This document shows, one piece after another, positions 15,175 through 23,894 of a DNA stretch of 64,000 nucleotides. The notes below the pieces were generated by a model. The model had not been told where the DNA came from, made no database searches, and saw nothing but the letters and a program-made list of their open reading frames with translations. Both the position numbers and the translations under genes were made by a program. The DNA comes from Acutalibacteraceae bacterium (GTDB lineage: Bacteria; Bacillota; Clostridia; Oscillospirales; Acutalibacteraceae), in contig JAZNMU010000084.1 of assembly GCA_045579865.1 (NCBI GenBank), positions 31,576-95,575 on the forward strand. The letters run 5' to 3'. Positions within the stretch are counted from its first letter, which is position 1. Each line of letters begins with the position of its first letter.

Positions 15175-16308
15175 ATGAACAAATGGACAATTGAAAAGAT
15201 ACAGGAGTTCTATACATATCTTAATGAATATTTCGAGCTTTCAGTTAATCCTGAAATCGAGATAGGTGAGAAAAACAGATTTCCTATGCAGTGGCATGAA
15301 GGAAAGCTACTTTTTATACCGGATTTCTTCAATGATAATGAACTAAAAGAAGATGTAAGAATGAACTTGTTAATTCTTATGTATAGTGCATTTTATCAGA
15401 CAAAGCATAATGATAATCACATTGGCATACACCCTATGTTTATGACAAAAGGAATTTGCAATGAATTAGGTATATCTTTCTTATCAGATGAACAAATTGA
15501 AAATAATCTGCGAATTGTCAGAAGAAAGATATATAAAGAAGTTGAAGATTCCAGTTTCTTTTTTGTTGGTGCACCACTTAGAGAAAGCGCTTTTGTAAGA
15601 TATGAAGTTGTACGAATTGAAAAGAAAGAAACGGATATTTTTGTAACTGTTAAGCTGACAGGTTGTAGAACAGGAGATTCTGATAAAGTTTTTACAGAAG
15701 AACTTTATAAAAGATGCTGTTTGTATGAACATATTGATGATGTTAAGGTTGATATGAGAAAGAACCTTATAGTTGTTTCCGGCCCTTCGGGTGTAGGTAA
15801 AACTACAGTTGTGAATGAAGTAATGAAACAGTATCCGGAGCTTAATAAGACGGTTTCAGTTACTACACGAAAGCCTCGAAAAAATGAAGTAAACGGAAAA
15901 GATTATTACTTCATTTCCATAGATGAATTCTATGACTATCAATTTAACAGAAAACTTCTTGAGCATAACATCTATAATCATGAACATTATGGAACCCTTC
16001 TTTCAGAAATCAATAGGTATCCGACTGATAAACCACTTGTATTGGTAATTGATGTCAGCGGTAGAAGGAGTGTTTTAAGACATTTTCCGCTTTCAACAAC
16101 TATTTTTATTCAGTCTCCATCAACAGATGAATTGAGAAAACGAATTGAAGATAGAGGTGAAAATTCTGAAGATGAAATTCTTGAACGAATTGAAACTGCA
16201 ATTAAAGAAATGGAAGAAACACGATATTACGATTTTGTTGTAATGAATGAAGATGTAAAACAGTGTGCAGATGAAATTTCTAAAATCATCAGAGGAAATG
16301 TTAAATAA
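15175..16308 (+). CDS. fusion protein: unknown ~205-aa N-terminal domain plus guanylate kinase-like domain
   Basis: AAGGAG RBS then ATG 15175. The ORF-track start 15121 lies inside the promoter motif. GPSGVGKTT P-loop, SVTTRKPRKNEVNGKDYYF, HYGT and IDVSG are Gmk family motifs. Confidence 0.7.
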   Translation: MNKWTIEKIQEFYTYLNEYFELSVNPEIEIGEKNRFPMQWHEGKLLFIPDFFNDNELKEDVRMNLLILMYSAFYQTKHNDNHIGIHPMFMTKGICNELGISFLSDEQIENNLRIVRRKIYKEVEDSSFFFVGAPLRESAFVRYEVVRIEKKETDIFVTVKLTGCRTGDSDKVFTEELYKRCCLYEHIDDVKVDMRKNLIVVSGPSGVGKTTVVNEVMKQYPELNKTVSVTTRKPRKNEVNGKDYYFISIDEFYDYQFNRKLLEHNIYNHEHYGTLLSEINRYPTDKPLVLVIDVSGRRSVLRHFPLSTTIFIQSPSTDELRKRIEDRGENSEDEILERIETAIKEMEETRYYDFVVMNEDVKQCADEISKIIRGNVK

Positions 16309-16321
16309 GGAGAAAAAGACA

Positions 16322-17041
16322 ATGAAATATGTATGTTCTGATTTACACGGTTTTTCTATTGAAAAGTTTAAATTGATGCTTGATAGGGTTAGCTTTAATG
16401 ACTCTGATTTTTTATGGGTATTAGGCGATGTTATTGATAGAGGTCCTGATGGTATAAAAATACTGAAATGGCTTATGTCTCAGCCAAATGCTCAACTCAT
16501 ACTTGGCAATCACGAGGCTATGCTTCTCGCTTGCGATTTCTTATTTGAAGAAATTACAGAAGATAGTATCGCAAATTTAACTGGTACAAAACTTAACACA
16601 TATGCTACTTGGGTTTCTAATAGTGGTCAGTCAACATTAAATGCTCTTTCGGCAATGAGAAATAATGAAATTAAATACATATTGGAGTATTTACGAGAAG
16701 CACCTTTGCATGAAACTGTTACGGTAAATGACAGGGACTTTATTTTGACTCATAGTGGTCTTGGTTCATTTAAAATCGACAAGAAGCTTTCTGAATATTC
16801 CAGTGTTGACTTGCTTTGGAATAGACCTAACCTAAATAGGGAGTATTTTGATGATGTAACCGTTATATTCGGGCATACACCAACCGTTTACTATGGTGAG
16901 AACTTTAAGGGTAAGGCAATAAAAACAAAAACATGGATAGATGTTGATGTGGGTGCCGGATTGGGATTGAATCCTATGCTGTTGCGTTTGGACGATTTGA
17001 AAGAGTTTTACTTTGATAAGAATATGGAAATCATTGAATAA
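16322..17041 (+). CDS. PPP-family metallophosphoesterase (lambda/PrpA-type Ser/Thr protein phosphatase or ApaH-like)
   Basis: DLHG, GDVIDRGPDG and GNHE motifs in the canonical order. AAGGAG RBS then ATG 16322. Confidence 0.75.
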   Translation: MKYVCSDLHGFSIEKFKLMLDRVSFNDSDFLWVLGDVIDRGPDGIKILKWLMSQPNAQLILGNHEAMLLACDFLFEEITEDSIANLTGTKLNTYATWVSNSGQSTLNALSAMRNNEIKYILEYLREAPLHETVTVNDRDFILTHSGLGSFKIDKKLSEYSSVDLLWNRPNLNREYFDDVTVIFGHTPTVYYGENFKGKAIKTKTWIDVDVGAGLGLNPMLLRLDDLKEFYFDKNMEIIE

Positions 17042-17064
17042 GAGTACAAGGAGAGTTGAAAATA

Positions 17065-17259
17065 ATGATGATTGGTGATAAAATAAAGAAGTTAAGAAGA
17101 AAAAACAAAGTGACTCAAGAGCAGTTGGCAAAGCATTTAAATGTTACTCCGCAAGCCGTCTCAAAATGGGAAAAGAGTTTGGCTTATCCCGAAATACATT
17201 TGCTTGTTCCTATTGCTGATTACTTTTCGGTAACGGTTGATTTTCTTTTGAGAGATTAA
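17065..17259 (+). CDS. XRE-family helix-turn-helix transcriptional regulator
   Basis: IKKLRRKNKVTQEQLAKHLNVTPQAVSKWEK is a typical Cro/C1 HTH. Confidence 0.8.
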   Translation: MMIGDKIKKLRRKNKVTQEQLAKHLNVTPQAVSKWEKSLAYPEIHLLVPIADYFSVTVDFLLRD

Positions 17260-17278
17260 AAACGATAAGGAGAGTTGA

Positions 17279-17644
17279 ATGGTGAATAGTGAAGATAAGG
17301 ATTTAAGAGAAAAACTTGAAGCTAAATTTGATGAGCTTTTTTCGGATTTGGATGATGACCTTCCTAATCCCGACGACGAGATTGAAACCATTATTCTTAA
17401 TGATGAGAATGGCGAAGAAGTTGAATTTGAATTTATGGATTTAATCGCTTATGAGGGTGAGGAATATGTGGTTCTGTTGCCGATAGAAGATTGTGAAGAA
17501 GCTGGACAGGTAGTTATATTGAAATTGGATGAAAGCGATGAGGCCGAAGAGTCTTACATAAGTGTTGATGATGACGATATTCTTATGGCTGTTTTTAATA
17601 TTTTTAAAGATAAATTCAAAGATTTTTTTAATTTTATTGATTAG
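17279..17644 (+). CDS. DUF1292-like highly acidic protein
   Basis: LNDENGEEVEFEFMDLIAYEGEEYVVLLP pattern. Very D/E-rich. Confidence 0.6.
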   Translation: MVNSEDKDLREKLEAKFDELFSDLDDDLPNPDDEIETIILNDENGEEVEFEFMDLIAYEGEEYVVLLPIEDCEEAGQVVILKLDESDEAEESYISVDDDDILMAVFNIFKDKFKDFFNFID

Positions 17645-17696
17645 TATTATAGTAAAAATCATAGAGACGTTAATAGGATTTTGTCATAGGGAAATA

Positions 17697-17731
17697 AATG
17701 CACGAGAGGTGTTGGACTCCCGTGCATTTTT
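17697..17731. terminator. bidirectional terminator between convergent modules
   Basis: AAATGCACGAGAG / CTCCCGTGCATTT stem, followed by T-run on plus. Confidence 0.7.
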
Positions 17732-17733
17732 AC

Positions 17734-18090
17734 TTAAATAAAGATAAGTTCTCTAATGATAATTTCTCTTGCCCTTGATTCTATATTTTGTAATTGCCGC
17801 ACCCACTCCAATTGATTTTCTTCCTTGAATTGCTCGGTTACACCTTCCGCGGTTTTTATTTGCTCGACGAGAGTGTTGAACATATGCTGAGCTTGGGTGT
17901 CGATTTGGGCGCAGTGTTGGTAGAGCTTGCCCTGGGTTAGGAGAGTTGCGAAAAGGACGGGGTTGTGTTTTTGCAAGTGATCTTTATACATCATACCCCA
18001 TTTTCCGAGGTGGATGGCTGTTTCTTCAGGTGGGATTGTGAGGTTTGGTATCAAATAATTGTTGACCTGTCTGTATGTAATATTTGCCAT
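17734..18090 (-). CDS. tnpV: TnpV-family transposon-associated protein
   Basis: ITYRQVNNYLIPNLTIPPEE...GKWGMMY...LLTQGKLYQH...W matches the TnpV family of clostridial transposons as I recall it. Local GC is visibly higher than the rest of the island. Confidence 0.65.
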   Translation of the reverse strand: MANITYRQVNNYLIPNLTIPPEETAIHLGKWGMMYKDHLQKHNPVLFATLLTQGKLYQHCAQIDTQAQHMFNTLVEQIKTAEGVTEQFKEENQLEWVRQLQNIESRAREIIIRELIFI

Positions 18091-18095
18091 AATTT

Positions 18096-18374
18096 TTATC
18101 CTTTCTTGTTGTCGATAAAAGTGTCGTATGTGAATCTTGCTCCGAGTCTGAAGCCGACGGTGAAACTATCTGCGTTGCAGAGACTTGAAAATTTAATGTA
18201 GGTTGCTACATAATCGGTAAAAAGCTCCCTATACTTGTCATCGAAGAGTGATGTCAAGTGATCTTCTTTGCTGGCAAGCTCTCTGAGGCTCTTTTTTACC
18301 TTTGCCGTCAGGTTGGTAGTGCACTCCTGCGGTTCGATGTTTCCATAGTAGAAATCTTCAATAAAGTCAGACAT
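18096..18374 (-). CDS. hypothetical protein commonly paired with TnpV in Firmicutes mobile elements
   Basis: ORF lies 5 nt upstream of tnpV. FYYGNIEPQE...DSFTVGFRLGARF pattern. Confidence 0.55.
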   Translation of the reverse strand: MSDFIEDFYYGNIEPQECTTNLTAKVKKSLRELASKEDHLTSLFDDKYRELFTDYVATYIKFSSLCNADSFTVGFRLGARFTYDTFIDNKKG

Positions 18375-18385
18375 AATATCACCCC

Positions 18386-18544
18386 CTATCGTTCAGATTG
18401 GTTGATGATTTTTATGAGCAGTTCGTCAACATCTTCTATGGGGATACCCTTCGAGAGAAGCATATTACGGAACTCGTTCATTCCGTTGATTAAAAGTTTG
18501 CACTCAAAATCCGTGAGCTTCAGTTTGGTTTTCTTATTAAACAT
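18386..18544 (-). CDS. small protein MFNKKTKLKLTDFECKLLINGMNEFRNMLLSKGIPIEDVDELLIKIINQSER (52 aa)
   Basis: AAGGAGG RBS 8 nt upstream. Not in the ORF track because it is under 60 aa. Confidence 0.5.
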   Translation of the reverse strand: MFNKKTKLKLTDFECKLLINGMNEFRNMLLSKGIPIEDVDELLIKIINQSER

Positions 18545-18552
18545 AAAATCAA

Positions 18553-18588
18553 CCTCCTTGTATTTGGTAATACCATTTTACAAGGAGG
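18553..18588 (-). promoter_or_regulatory. SD-sequestering hairpin in the leader of the 18544 small ORF
   Basis: Perfect 10-bp inverted repeat CCTCCTTGTA (18553-18562) / TACAAGGAGG (18579-18588). One arm is the ribosome-binding site. Confidence 0.5.
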
Positions 18589-18635
18589 TCTGTGTTTTGT
18601 CGAATGTGCGGAGTGATTAAAATTTTACAATGGTT

Positions 18636-19163
18636 TTAATTTTTGATTGTCCATTTTTTCCATGCCTGTAATAAATCATCAATGTTTTCTTTAACATAAT
18701 TAATCGCTGTTTTAATTTTTTTAGGGTTTTTAAAATCACCCGTAATTGTATAATCATTTAAGGATATACTGATTGTTTTACCACTATACGAAGCGTGAAC
18801 ATGAGGTTGATACATATGATTTTTTTCGTTTGTATGGAAAAAGAACATTATACCATCCACTTCATCATAGTTTACAGCATTGTTGAGGGCAACCACTTCA
18901 GAATATAAAACAGTTATTTTAGCTTCATCCAGAACAATAAATTTTTCAAAAAGAAAGATATCATTGCCTTTACAAATGTATAAGCGCCCTTTGGTGTTAT
19001 CGAATGCGTGGTTTGATTTATTTAATGTATTTACTATTTTGGGGAGTATTGTTTCAGCCGTATTATTAAGATTATATGGGATTTCTGCAAGTTTAATTTT
19101 ATGAACATTATTTATATAAATTAAGGTTGCAAAACATTGCATGCTATTTTTCAAAAGAATCAC
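18636..19163 (-). CDS. DUF4160-like protein with an N-terminal extension
   Basis: MFFFHTNEKNHMYQPHVHASYSGKTISISL resembles the DUF4160 core. The true start may be the internal Met. Confidence 0.45.
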   Translation of the reverse strand: MILLKNSMQCFATLIYINNVHKIKLAEIPYNLNNTAETILPKIVNTLNKSNHAFDNTKGRLYICKGNDIFLFEKFIVLDEAKITVLYSEVVALNNAVNYDEVDGIMFFFHTNEKNHMYQPHVHASYSGKTISISLNDYTITGDFKNPKKIKTAINYVKENIDDLLQAWKKWTIKN

Positions 19164-19193
19164 CTCTGCGTATCCACATATTAAATAAAGAAA

Positions 19194-19235
19194 GCCGTCA
19201 AAGTTATTAAAACTGTGACGGTTCTCTTTTTGTTT
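19194..19235. terminator. hairpin terminator downstream of ssrA
   Basis: GCCGTCA...TGACGGT stem flanked by T/A runs on both strands. Confidence 0.5.
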
Positions 19236-19304
19236 CTGTCAGATGTCCACTTTCACGGCGAAGCCGCCTGTGAAGAAGTAGTAGGTGTTCGTCTGACTTG
19301 TGTT

Positions 19305-19652
19305 TGGTGGAGATGGCGGTAATCGAAACCGCGTCCGAAAATCCATTCACACAACTTTCTCCGGGTGCTGTCAGTCTTTTAACATTCCCTCAGTCTCACG
19401 CCGAATGACAGGCTTAAAACCTCAGTATCCTCTGATGCGTGACGGCATACGAGGATGCTCTGCCGTGCACGTTCACTGCTGATCGACGCCTTCAGTTAAG
19501 CCGCAGTACTCTTAACCAAGACGGGCCGCTTAAGCAGCCTTTAAAACTGTATTGTTGTCAGTTATTTTTAAATGTGTGACCTTTTAAAGCGATTGCCACA
19601 GCGCTACCCGCTTATCGTGCTTCAAAACCCCCGTCGAAATCCTTTCATCCCC
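19305..19652 (-). ncRNA. ssrA: tmRNA (transfer-messenger RNA)
   Basis: Minus strand reads 5' GGGGATGAAAGGATTTCGACGGGGG ... GGACGCGGTTTCGATTACCGCCATCTCCACCA 3'. Probable tag reading frame GAC AAC AAT ACA GTT TTA AAG GCT GCT TAA (…DNNTVLKAA). smpB is adjacent. Confidence 0.9.
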
Positions 19653-19719
19653 GTATAGATTTTAAAGCATTTTGCTTTTATATTATATCACCACTATCTG
19701 ATAAAATCAAATGTAGTTT

Positions 19720-20187
19720 TTACCTGTTTTTTGCGGCTCTTTCCATATCTCTCTGAGCATCACGTTTGGCAAGAGTTTCTCTTTTATCATAATTCTTTTT
19801 ACCTTTGCACAGACCTACTTCGAGTTTTGCTCTGCCTTTAAGAAAATATACGGAAAGAGGAATAAGAGTAAGGCCCTGCTGTTTGGTAACGCCTAAAAGG
19901 CGGTTGATTTCCTTTTTGTGCATCAGAAGGCGCTTCACACGCATGGGATCACGGTTAAAGATATTTCCCTGCTCATAGTGACTGATGTGCATACCGTTTA
20001 CGAAAATTTCACCTGCATCGATACTGCACCAGGAGTCCTTCAGATTGATTTTTCCTTTACGGATAGATTTTACCTCTGTGCCGAAAAGCTCTATTCCGGC
20101 TTCGTAGGTTTCTAAAACGAAATAGTCGTGCCTTGCTTTTTTATTCTGGGCTACAACTTGTCTTTCGTCAGGCTGTGATACTGCCAT
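19720..20187 (-). CDS. smpB: SsrA-binding protein SmpB
   Basis: KKARHDYFVLETYEAGIELFGTEVKS...LLMHKKEI family motifs. AAAGGTGG RBS before ATG 20187. Confidence 0.9.
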   Translation of the reverse strand: MAVSQPDERQVVAQNKKARHDYFVLETYEAGIELFGTEVKSIRKGKINLKDSWCSIDAGEIFVNGMHISHYEQGNIFNRDPMRVKRLLMHKKEINRLLGVTKQQGLTLIPLSVYFLKGRAKLEVGLCKGKKNYDKRETLAKRDAQRDMERAAKNR

Positions 20188-20218
20188 ACAAGGCGCCACC
20201 TTTCTTTCATTAATTCGG

Positions 20219-20238
20219 AATGCGGAATGCGAAATTCG
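20219..20238. repeat. 20-nt repeat AATGCGGAATGCGAAATTCG (left copy)
   Basis: Perfect reverse complement of 20807-20826. Embedded in a GAATGCG-rich palindromic stretch. Confidence 0.8.
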
Positions 20239-20322
20239 CATTCGCGCCCGACCGTGTATATAGCGGAGAGATTACTCCCGCCAAATAATGTTTACTTAAT
20301 GGATAAAATTGAAGTTATAAAA

Positions 20323-20721
20323 TTAGTTCTCAAACTTATCCGTTCCCCACCAATTGGGAATCAATTCTTTAAGTTTTACGGTTTTTTCAGTTTCAAGATC
20401 CAGCAGAATATCAATCTCTCCGCTATCTTTGTCGAGTTGCATCATATATTCACGACAAGCACCACAGGGAGAACCGACTCTGCCGTCAGACATTACGGCA
20501 ACAACTTTATCAATCTGACTTTCGCCGTTTGTAATCATATTTGCAATAGCATTTCTTTCAGCACACATTCCGAGTGTTGAAGCGGTATCGATACATACAC
20601 CGACATAAATATTTCCTTTTTTTGTAAGGATCGCCGCAGCAACTCCGCCAGCATCAACAAAAGGCGATATTGTTCTGCTGTTTTGAACTTTGATTGCTGA
20701 GTTATATAGTTTTTTCCACAT
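20323..20721 (-). CDS. cdd: cytidine deaminase
   Basis: CAERNAI and PCGACRE zinc-ligand motifs. 132 aa. Confidence 0.85.
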   Translation of the reverse strand: MWKKLYNSAIKVQNSRTISPFVDAGGVAAAILTKKGNIYVGVCIDTASTLGMCAERNAIANMITNGESQIDKVVAVMSDGRVGSPCGACREYMMQLDKDSGEIDILLDLETEKTVKLKELIPNWWGTDKFEN

Positions 20722-20806
20722 ATAATTACCTCGTAGAACTCAAGCTTATTCCACCAAACTTTGCGGACTGCAACTTCGTTTTTTTATTGAAGCTTCTTCG
20801 CAATTC

Positions 20807-20826
20807 CGAATTTCGCATTCCGCATT
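20807..20826. repeat. 20-nt repeat (right copy, inverted)
   Basis: CGAATTTCGCATTCCGCATT is the reverse complement of 20219-20238. Confidence 0.8.
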
Positions 20827-20834
20827 TCGAATTA

Positions 20835-21437
20835 TTAAAGGCTTCTTCTTCCCTCAAGCGCCCTCGTCAGAGTAACCTCATCGGCATATTCAAGGTCTGC
20901 GCCCACGGGGACTCCGTAAGCGAGTCTTGACACAGTAACACCTAAAGGTTTCAGCAGACGGGAAATATACATCGCTGTCGCTTCACCCTCAACGGTGGGA
21001 TTGGTCGCCATAATGACTTCCTTGATTTTACCGTCGGAAAATCTCGCGATAAGCTCTTTGACAGTAATATCCTCAGGACCTATGCCGTTCATAGGGGAGA
21101 TAACACCGTGGAGAACGTGATATGTACCCTCATATTCGTGAGTGCGCTCGAAAGCCATAACGTCACGGGGGTCCTCGACCACGCAGACGAGACTTTCATC
21201 CCTGTTTCCGCTTCTGCAGATGGGACACAGCTCATCTTCGGCAAGATTACAGCAACGTGTACACTTTTTGATTTTTTCGTGAGCGTTAAGGATTGCATCA
21301 GAGAAAGCCTGTGCCTCCTCTTTTTTCAGACCGAGAACATAAAAAGCCATTCTTTGGGCTGTCTTATGTCCGATGCCGGGCATACGCTCAAACTGTTCAA
21401 TAAGCCTCGAGAGAGAGGCTACATTATATCCTGCCAT
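20835..21437 (-). CDS. recR: recombination protein RecR
   Basis: [13 protein letters not shown] HhH motif, CxxC...CxxC zinc finger, Toprim segment. Confidence 0.9.
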   Translation of the reverse strand: MAGYNVASLSRLIEQFERMPGIGHKTAQRMAFYVLGLKKEEAQAFSDAILNAHEKIKKCTRCCNLAEDELCPICRSGNRDESLVCVVEDPRDVMAFERTHEYEGTYHVLHGVISPMNGIGPEDITVKELIARFSDGKIKEVIMATNPTVEGEATAMYISRLLKPLGVTVSRLAYGVPVGADLEYADEVTLTRALEGRRSL

Positions 21438-21769
21438 CAGAAGGGAAGGTTGAGACCGCCCTTAGCGGCATTCATAGCCTGCTCCATAGCATCGTCAGCC
21501 TTTCTCATTGCCTCATTTGTAGCGGCAATAATAAGGTCGGAGAGCATTTCGATATCTTCAGGGTCTACAACGTCGGGCTGAAGCTTTATATCCTTTACTT
21601 CGTGAGCACCTGAAACTGTAACCTCTACTGCTCCGCCGCCTGCAGAAGCGGTAAATTCGCTTGCTTCGATTTCAGCCTGCTTCTGTTCGAGCTGAGCCTG
21701 CATTTCCTGGATTTTTTTCATCATATTCATCTGGCCGCCACCCATGCCGCCGGGAATTCTTGCTTTCAT
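21437..21769 (-). CDS. ybaB: YbaB/EbfC nucleoid-associated protein
   Basis: Size, MMKKIQEMQ...[14 protein letters not shown] pattern, and the conserved position between dnaX and recR. Confidence 0.85.
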   Translation of the reverse strand: MKARIPGGMGGGQMNMMKKIQEMQAQLEQKQAEIEASEFTASAGGGAVEVTVSGAHEVKDIKLQPDVVDPEDIEMLSDLIIAATNEAMRKADDAMEQAMNAAKGGLNLPF

Positions 21770-21817
21770 TTTTTTAGTCTCCTTTAATTAAGTTTTATCT
21801 CTTTGATTATATAATAA

Positions 21818-23485
21818 TCATTTATTTACGTCAACATTTATGCCCATATCTCTTGCTTTACCGATGAGGCTTTCAAGAGGATCCTTTTTAGGTTTGGCAG
21901 GGGCATTGGTTTTCTGCACCGCACCGCTGTAAAGACCGAGTCGGTATGGTCTGCCCATTACGTTTTTGATGGCAGTTTTTATGTCTCTTGCATTTGTGCC
22001 TGTTTTAATAAAGTCCTTGAGAGTGGGATTGTCGCTTTTAATGAGAACGAAATCGCCCTGAATAACTGCCGAGGAGCCGTTAAGGACACCCCAAAGGGGC
22101 ATATTGAGCTTGGTAAGCTCCTGCATAACCTCTGCCCAGGGAAGCTCTTCCTCAGCGGGGGAGGCTTCGTCCTCGGGGTAGGGGATCTCATCCTGCGGGG
22201 GAGGAGTCTGTACGGGTTCTGTCGGTACAGATGCTGTTGCCGTTACGGCAGGCTTTGAAAGGGGAGCGGGAGCTACGGTTTCTGTCTTGACCTCTGTGGA
22301 GGCTGTCGGTGTGACAGGTGCAGAGGAGGAAACGAAGGAGCCACCTCGCATTTTATTTTCGAGCTCTGCGATACGTCTTAAAAGGTTTTCGCTGTCGGCG
22401 GTGAGAGAAGGTGTGGAAAGTTTAATAAAGGTCATTTCCATTTCCGTTCTTCTGTTCACGCCTCTTTTTATGTTTGCCATAGCCTCCTGCAGAAGTGAAA
22501 TGCAGTAGAGGATATTTTCGAGAGTGAAATTTCCGCTCTGCTTCTTATACTGCTGTAATTCGTCAGCGGTGCAGACTAAAAGGCTTTCGGCACTTCTGAC
22601 GGTTTTTACTATCATAAGATTGCGGAAGTGGTTTATCATATCTGAGCAAAGGCGTTCCATATCACAGCTTTTACCGTGAAGGTCACTGATAAGCTCCAAA
22701 GCCTTTGCAGAATCTTTTTCGTTTACAGTGGAGGCAAGAGAGAAAAGATGGTCCTTTCCCGTCATTCCCGCTACGGAGCATACAAGGTCAGCATCAATGG
22801 TGTCACCGTGACCTGTACACTGGTCTAAAAGTGAAAGTGCATCACGCATACCACCGTCGGCGATTCTTGCGATAAGTGAGAGTGCTTCTTCTGTTACGGT
22901 AAAGCCTTCCTGTGAGGCGATGTAGTTCATTCTCTTTGCCATAGCCTCGGGAGTAACTCTGCGGAAGTCAAAACGCTGACAGCGGGAAAGAATGGTTACG
23001 GGGAGCTTGTGGACCTCTGTGGTGGCAAGAATGAATTTAACGTGTGCGGGAGGCTCTTCTAAAGTTTTCAGAAGAGCATTGAATGCACCGATGGAGAGCA
23101 TATGCACCTCGTCGATGATATACACACGGTACTTACAGGAGGCGGGGGTGAAATTAATCTCCTCACGGATGTCACGGATATTATCTACACCGTTGTTACT
23201 TGCGGCGTCAATTTCGGCGATGTCGAGGATGGCACCTGATTCGATACCCTGACAGACCTCACATTCGTTACAGGGGTTGCCGTTCACGGGGTTGAGGCAG
23301 TTGACAGCCTTGGAAAGAATTTTGGCGCAGGTGGTTTTACCCGTACCTCTTGAGCCTGTGAAAAGGTAGGCGTGAGAAAGCTTACCTGTTTCAATTTCTT
23401 TGGCAAGGGTGGTAGTGATGTGTTCCTGACCAACTACATCGGAAAAAACCTTCGGTCTGTATTTTCTGTATAGTACCTGATACAT
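21818..23485 (-). CDS. dnaX: DNA polymerase III subunit gamma/tau
   Basis: YRKYRP..F..VVGQEH, GSRGTGKTT Walker A, DEVHML, SRCQRF. Confidence 0.9.
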   Translation of the reverse strand: MYQVLYRKYRPKVFSDVVGQEHITTTLAKEIETGKLSHAYLFTGSRGTGKTTCAKILSKAVNCLNPVNGNPCNECEVCQGIESGAILDIAEIDAASNNGVDNIRDIREEINFTPASCKYRVYIIDEVHMLSIGAFNALLKTLEEPPAHVKFILATTEVHKLPVTILSRCQRFDFRRVTPEAMAKRMNYIASQEGFTVTEEALSLIARIADGGMRDALSLLDQCTGHGDTIDADLVCSVAGMTGKDHLFSLASTVNEKDSAKALELISDLHGKSCDMERLCSDMINHFRNLMIVKTVRSAESLLVCTADELQQYKKQSGNFTLENILYCISLLQEAMANIKRGVNRRTEMEMTFIKLSTPSLTADSENLLRRIAELENKMRGGSFVSSSAPVTPTASTEVKTETVAPAPLSKPAVTATASVPTEPVQTPPPQDEIPYPEDEASPAEEELPWAEVMQELTKLNMPLWGVLNGSSAVIQGDFVLIKSDNPTLKDFIKTGTNARDIKTAIKNVMGRPYRLGLYSGAVQKTNAPAKPKKDPLESLIGKARDMGINVDVNK

Positions 23486-23540
23486 TCTTTCGCCTCCTCA
23501 TATTTCAGTTGCCTTAGTTTAAAAAAAGACACTTTGCCTT

Positions 23541-23656
23541 GGTCATACAGCAGCAGGCTGACCTGTGTCGCACAGACGAATTGCTTAATGCTGCTCGGTT
23601 CCCCGCCTGACATGGTTCACAGTGTACTGTCGCACAGAACCCACTGCTGCATGACC
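23541..23656 (-). ncRNA. ffs: signal recognition particle RNA (small 4.5S type)
   Basis: Minus strand has the closing helix GGTCATGCAGCAG...CTGCTGCTGTATGACC and the domain IV-like core GTCAGGCGGGGAACCGAGCAGC. Position upstream of dnaX is typical. Ends are approximate. Confidence 0.7.
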
Positions 23657-23894
23657 AAAATAAAGTATCTTTGTTTTATTCGGGGGAATACCCCTTCGAT
23701 TGATAGCCTAAATATTATAATATAAAGTAAAAGGAAAATCAAGTCTTTTCGCAAAGATTTATTATGAATATCTGATGTGTTTTACTCCTATAATTAATTA
23801 TTATTTGTTTTACTATGGACTTTTATTTTTCCTTATGTTATAATTTTACGGATATGTTCTTTAATCCAAGGAATTTTTGCGAGGTATATTTATT

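Larger units (their letters stand above)
1..19304. mobile_element. AT-rich accessory genomic island adjacent to the 3' end of ssrA; left boundary outside the window
   Basis: By-eye composition break: 1-19.2 kb is strongly AT-rich with orphan/accessory genes. Everything right of ssrA is GC-richer housekeeping. The 3' CCA end of tmRNA (19305) faces the island, and a TnpV-type gene lies at 17734-18090. No integrase or att direct repeat seen in the window. Confidence 0.6.

Noticed and set aside
19164-19304. attL/attR core or integrase next to ssrA
   Set aside because: Only hairpins are seen here. There is no recombinase ORF, and I noticed no second copy of the ssrA 3' end anywhere in the window.
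19300-19482. 60-aa plus-strand ORF
   Set aside because: It is the reverse complement of the tmRNA gene, not a coding region.
21818-23485. Programmed -1 frameshift site in dnaX (A AAA AAG type)
   Set aside because: I found no A AAA AAG heptamer in the coding strand, only shorter A-runs. There is no support for a gamma-type product.
23534-23725. 63-aa plus-strand ORF upstream of dnaX
   Set aside because: It overlaps the antisense of the SRP RNA, and no RBS is present.
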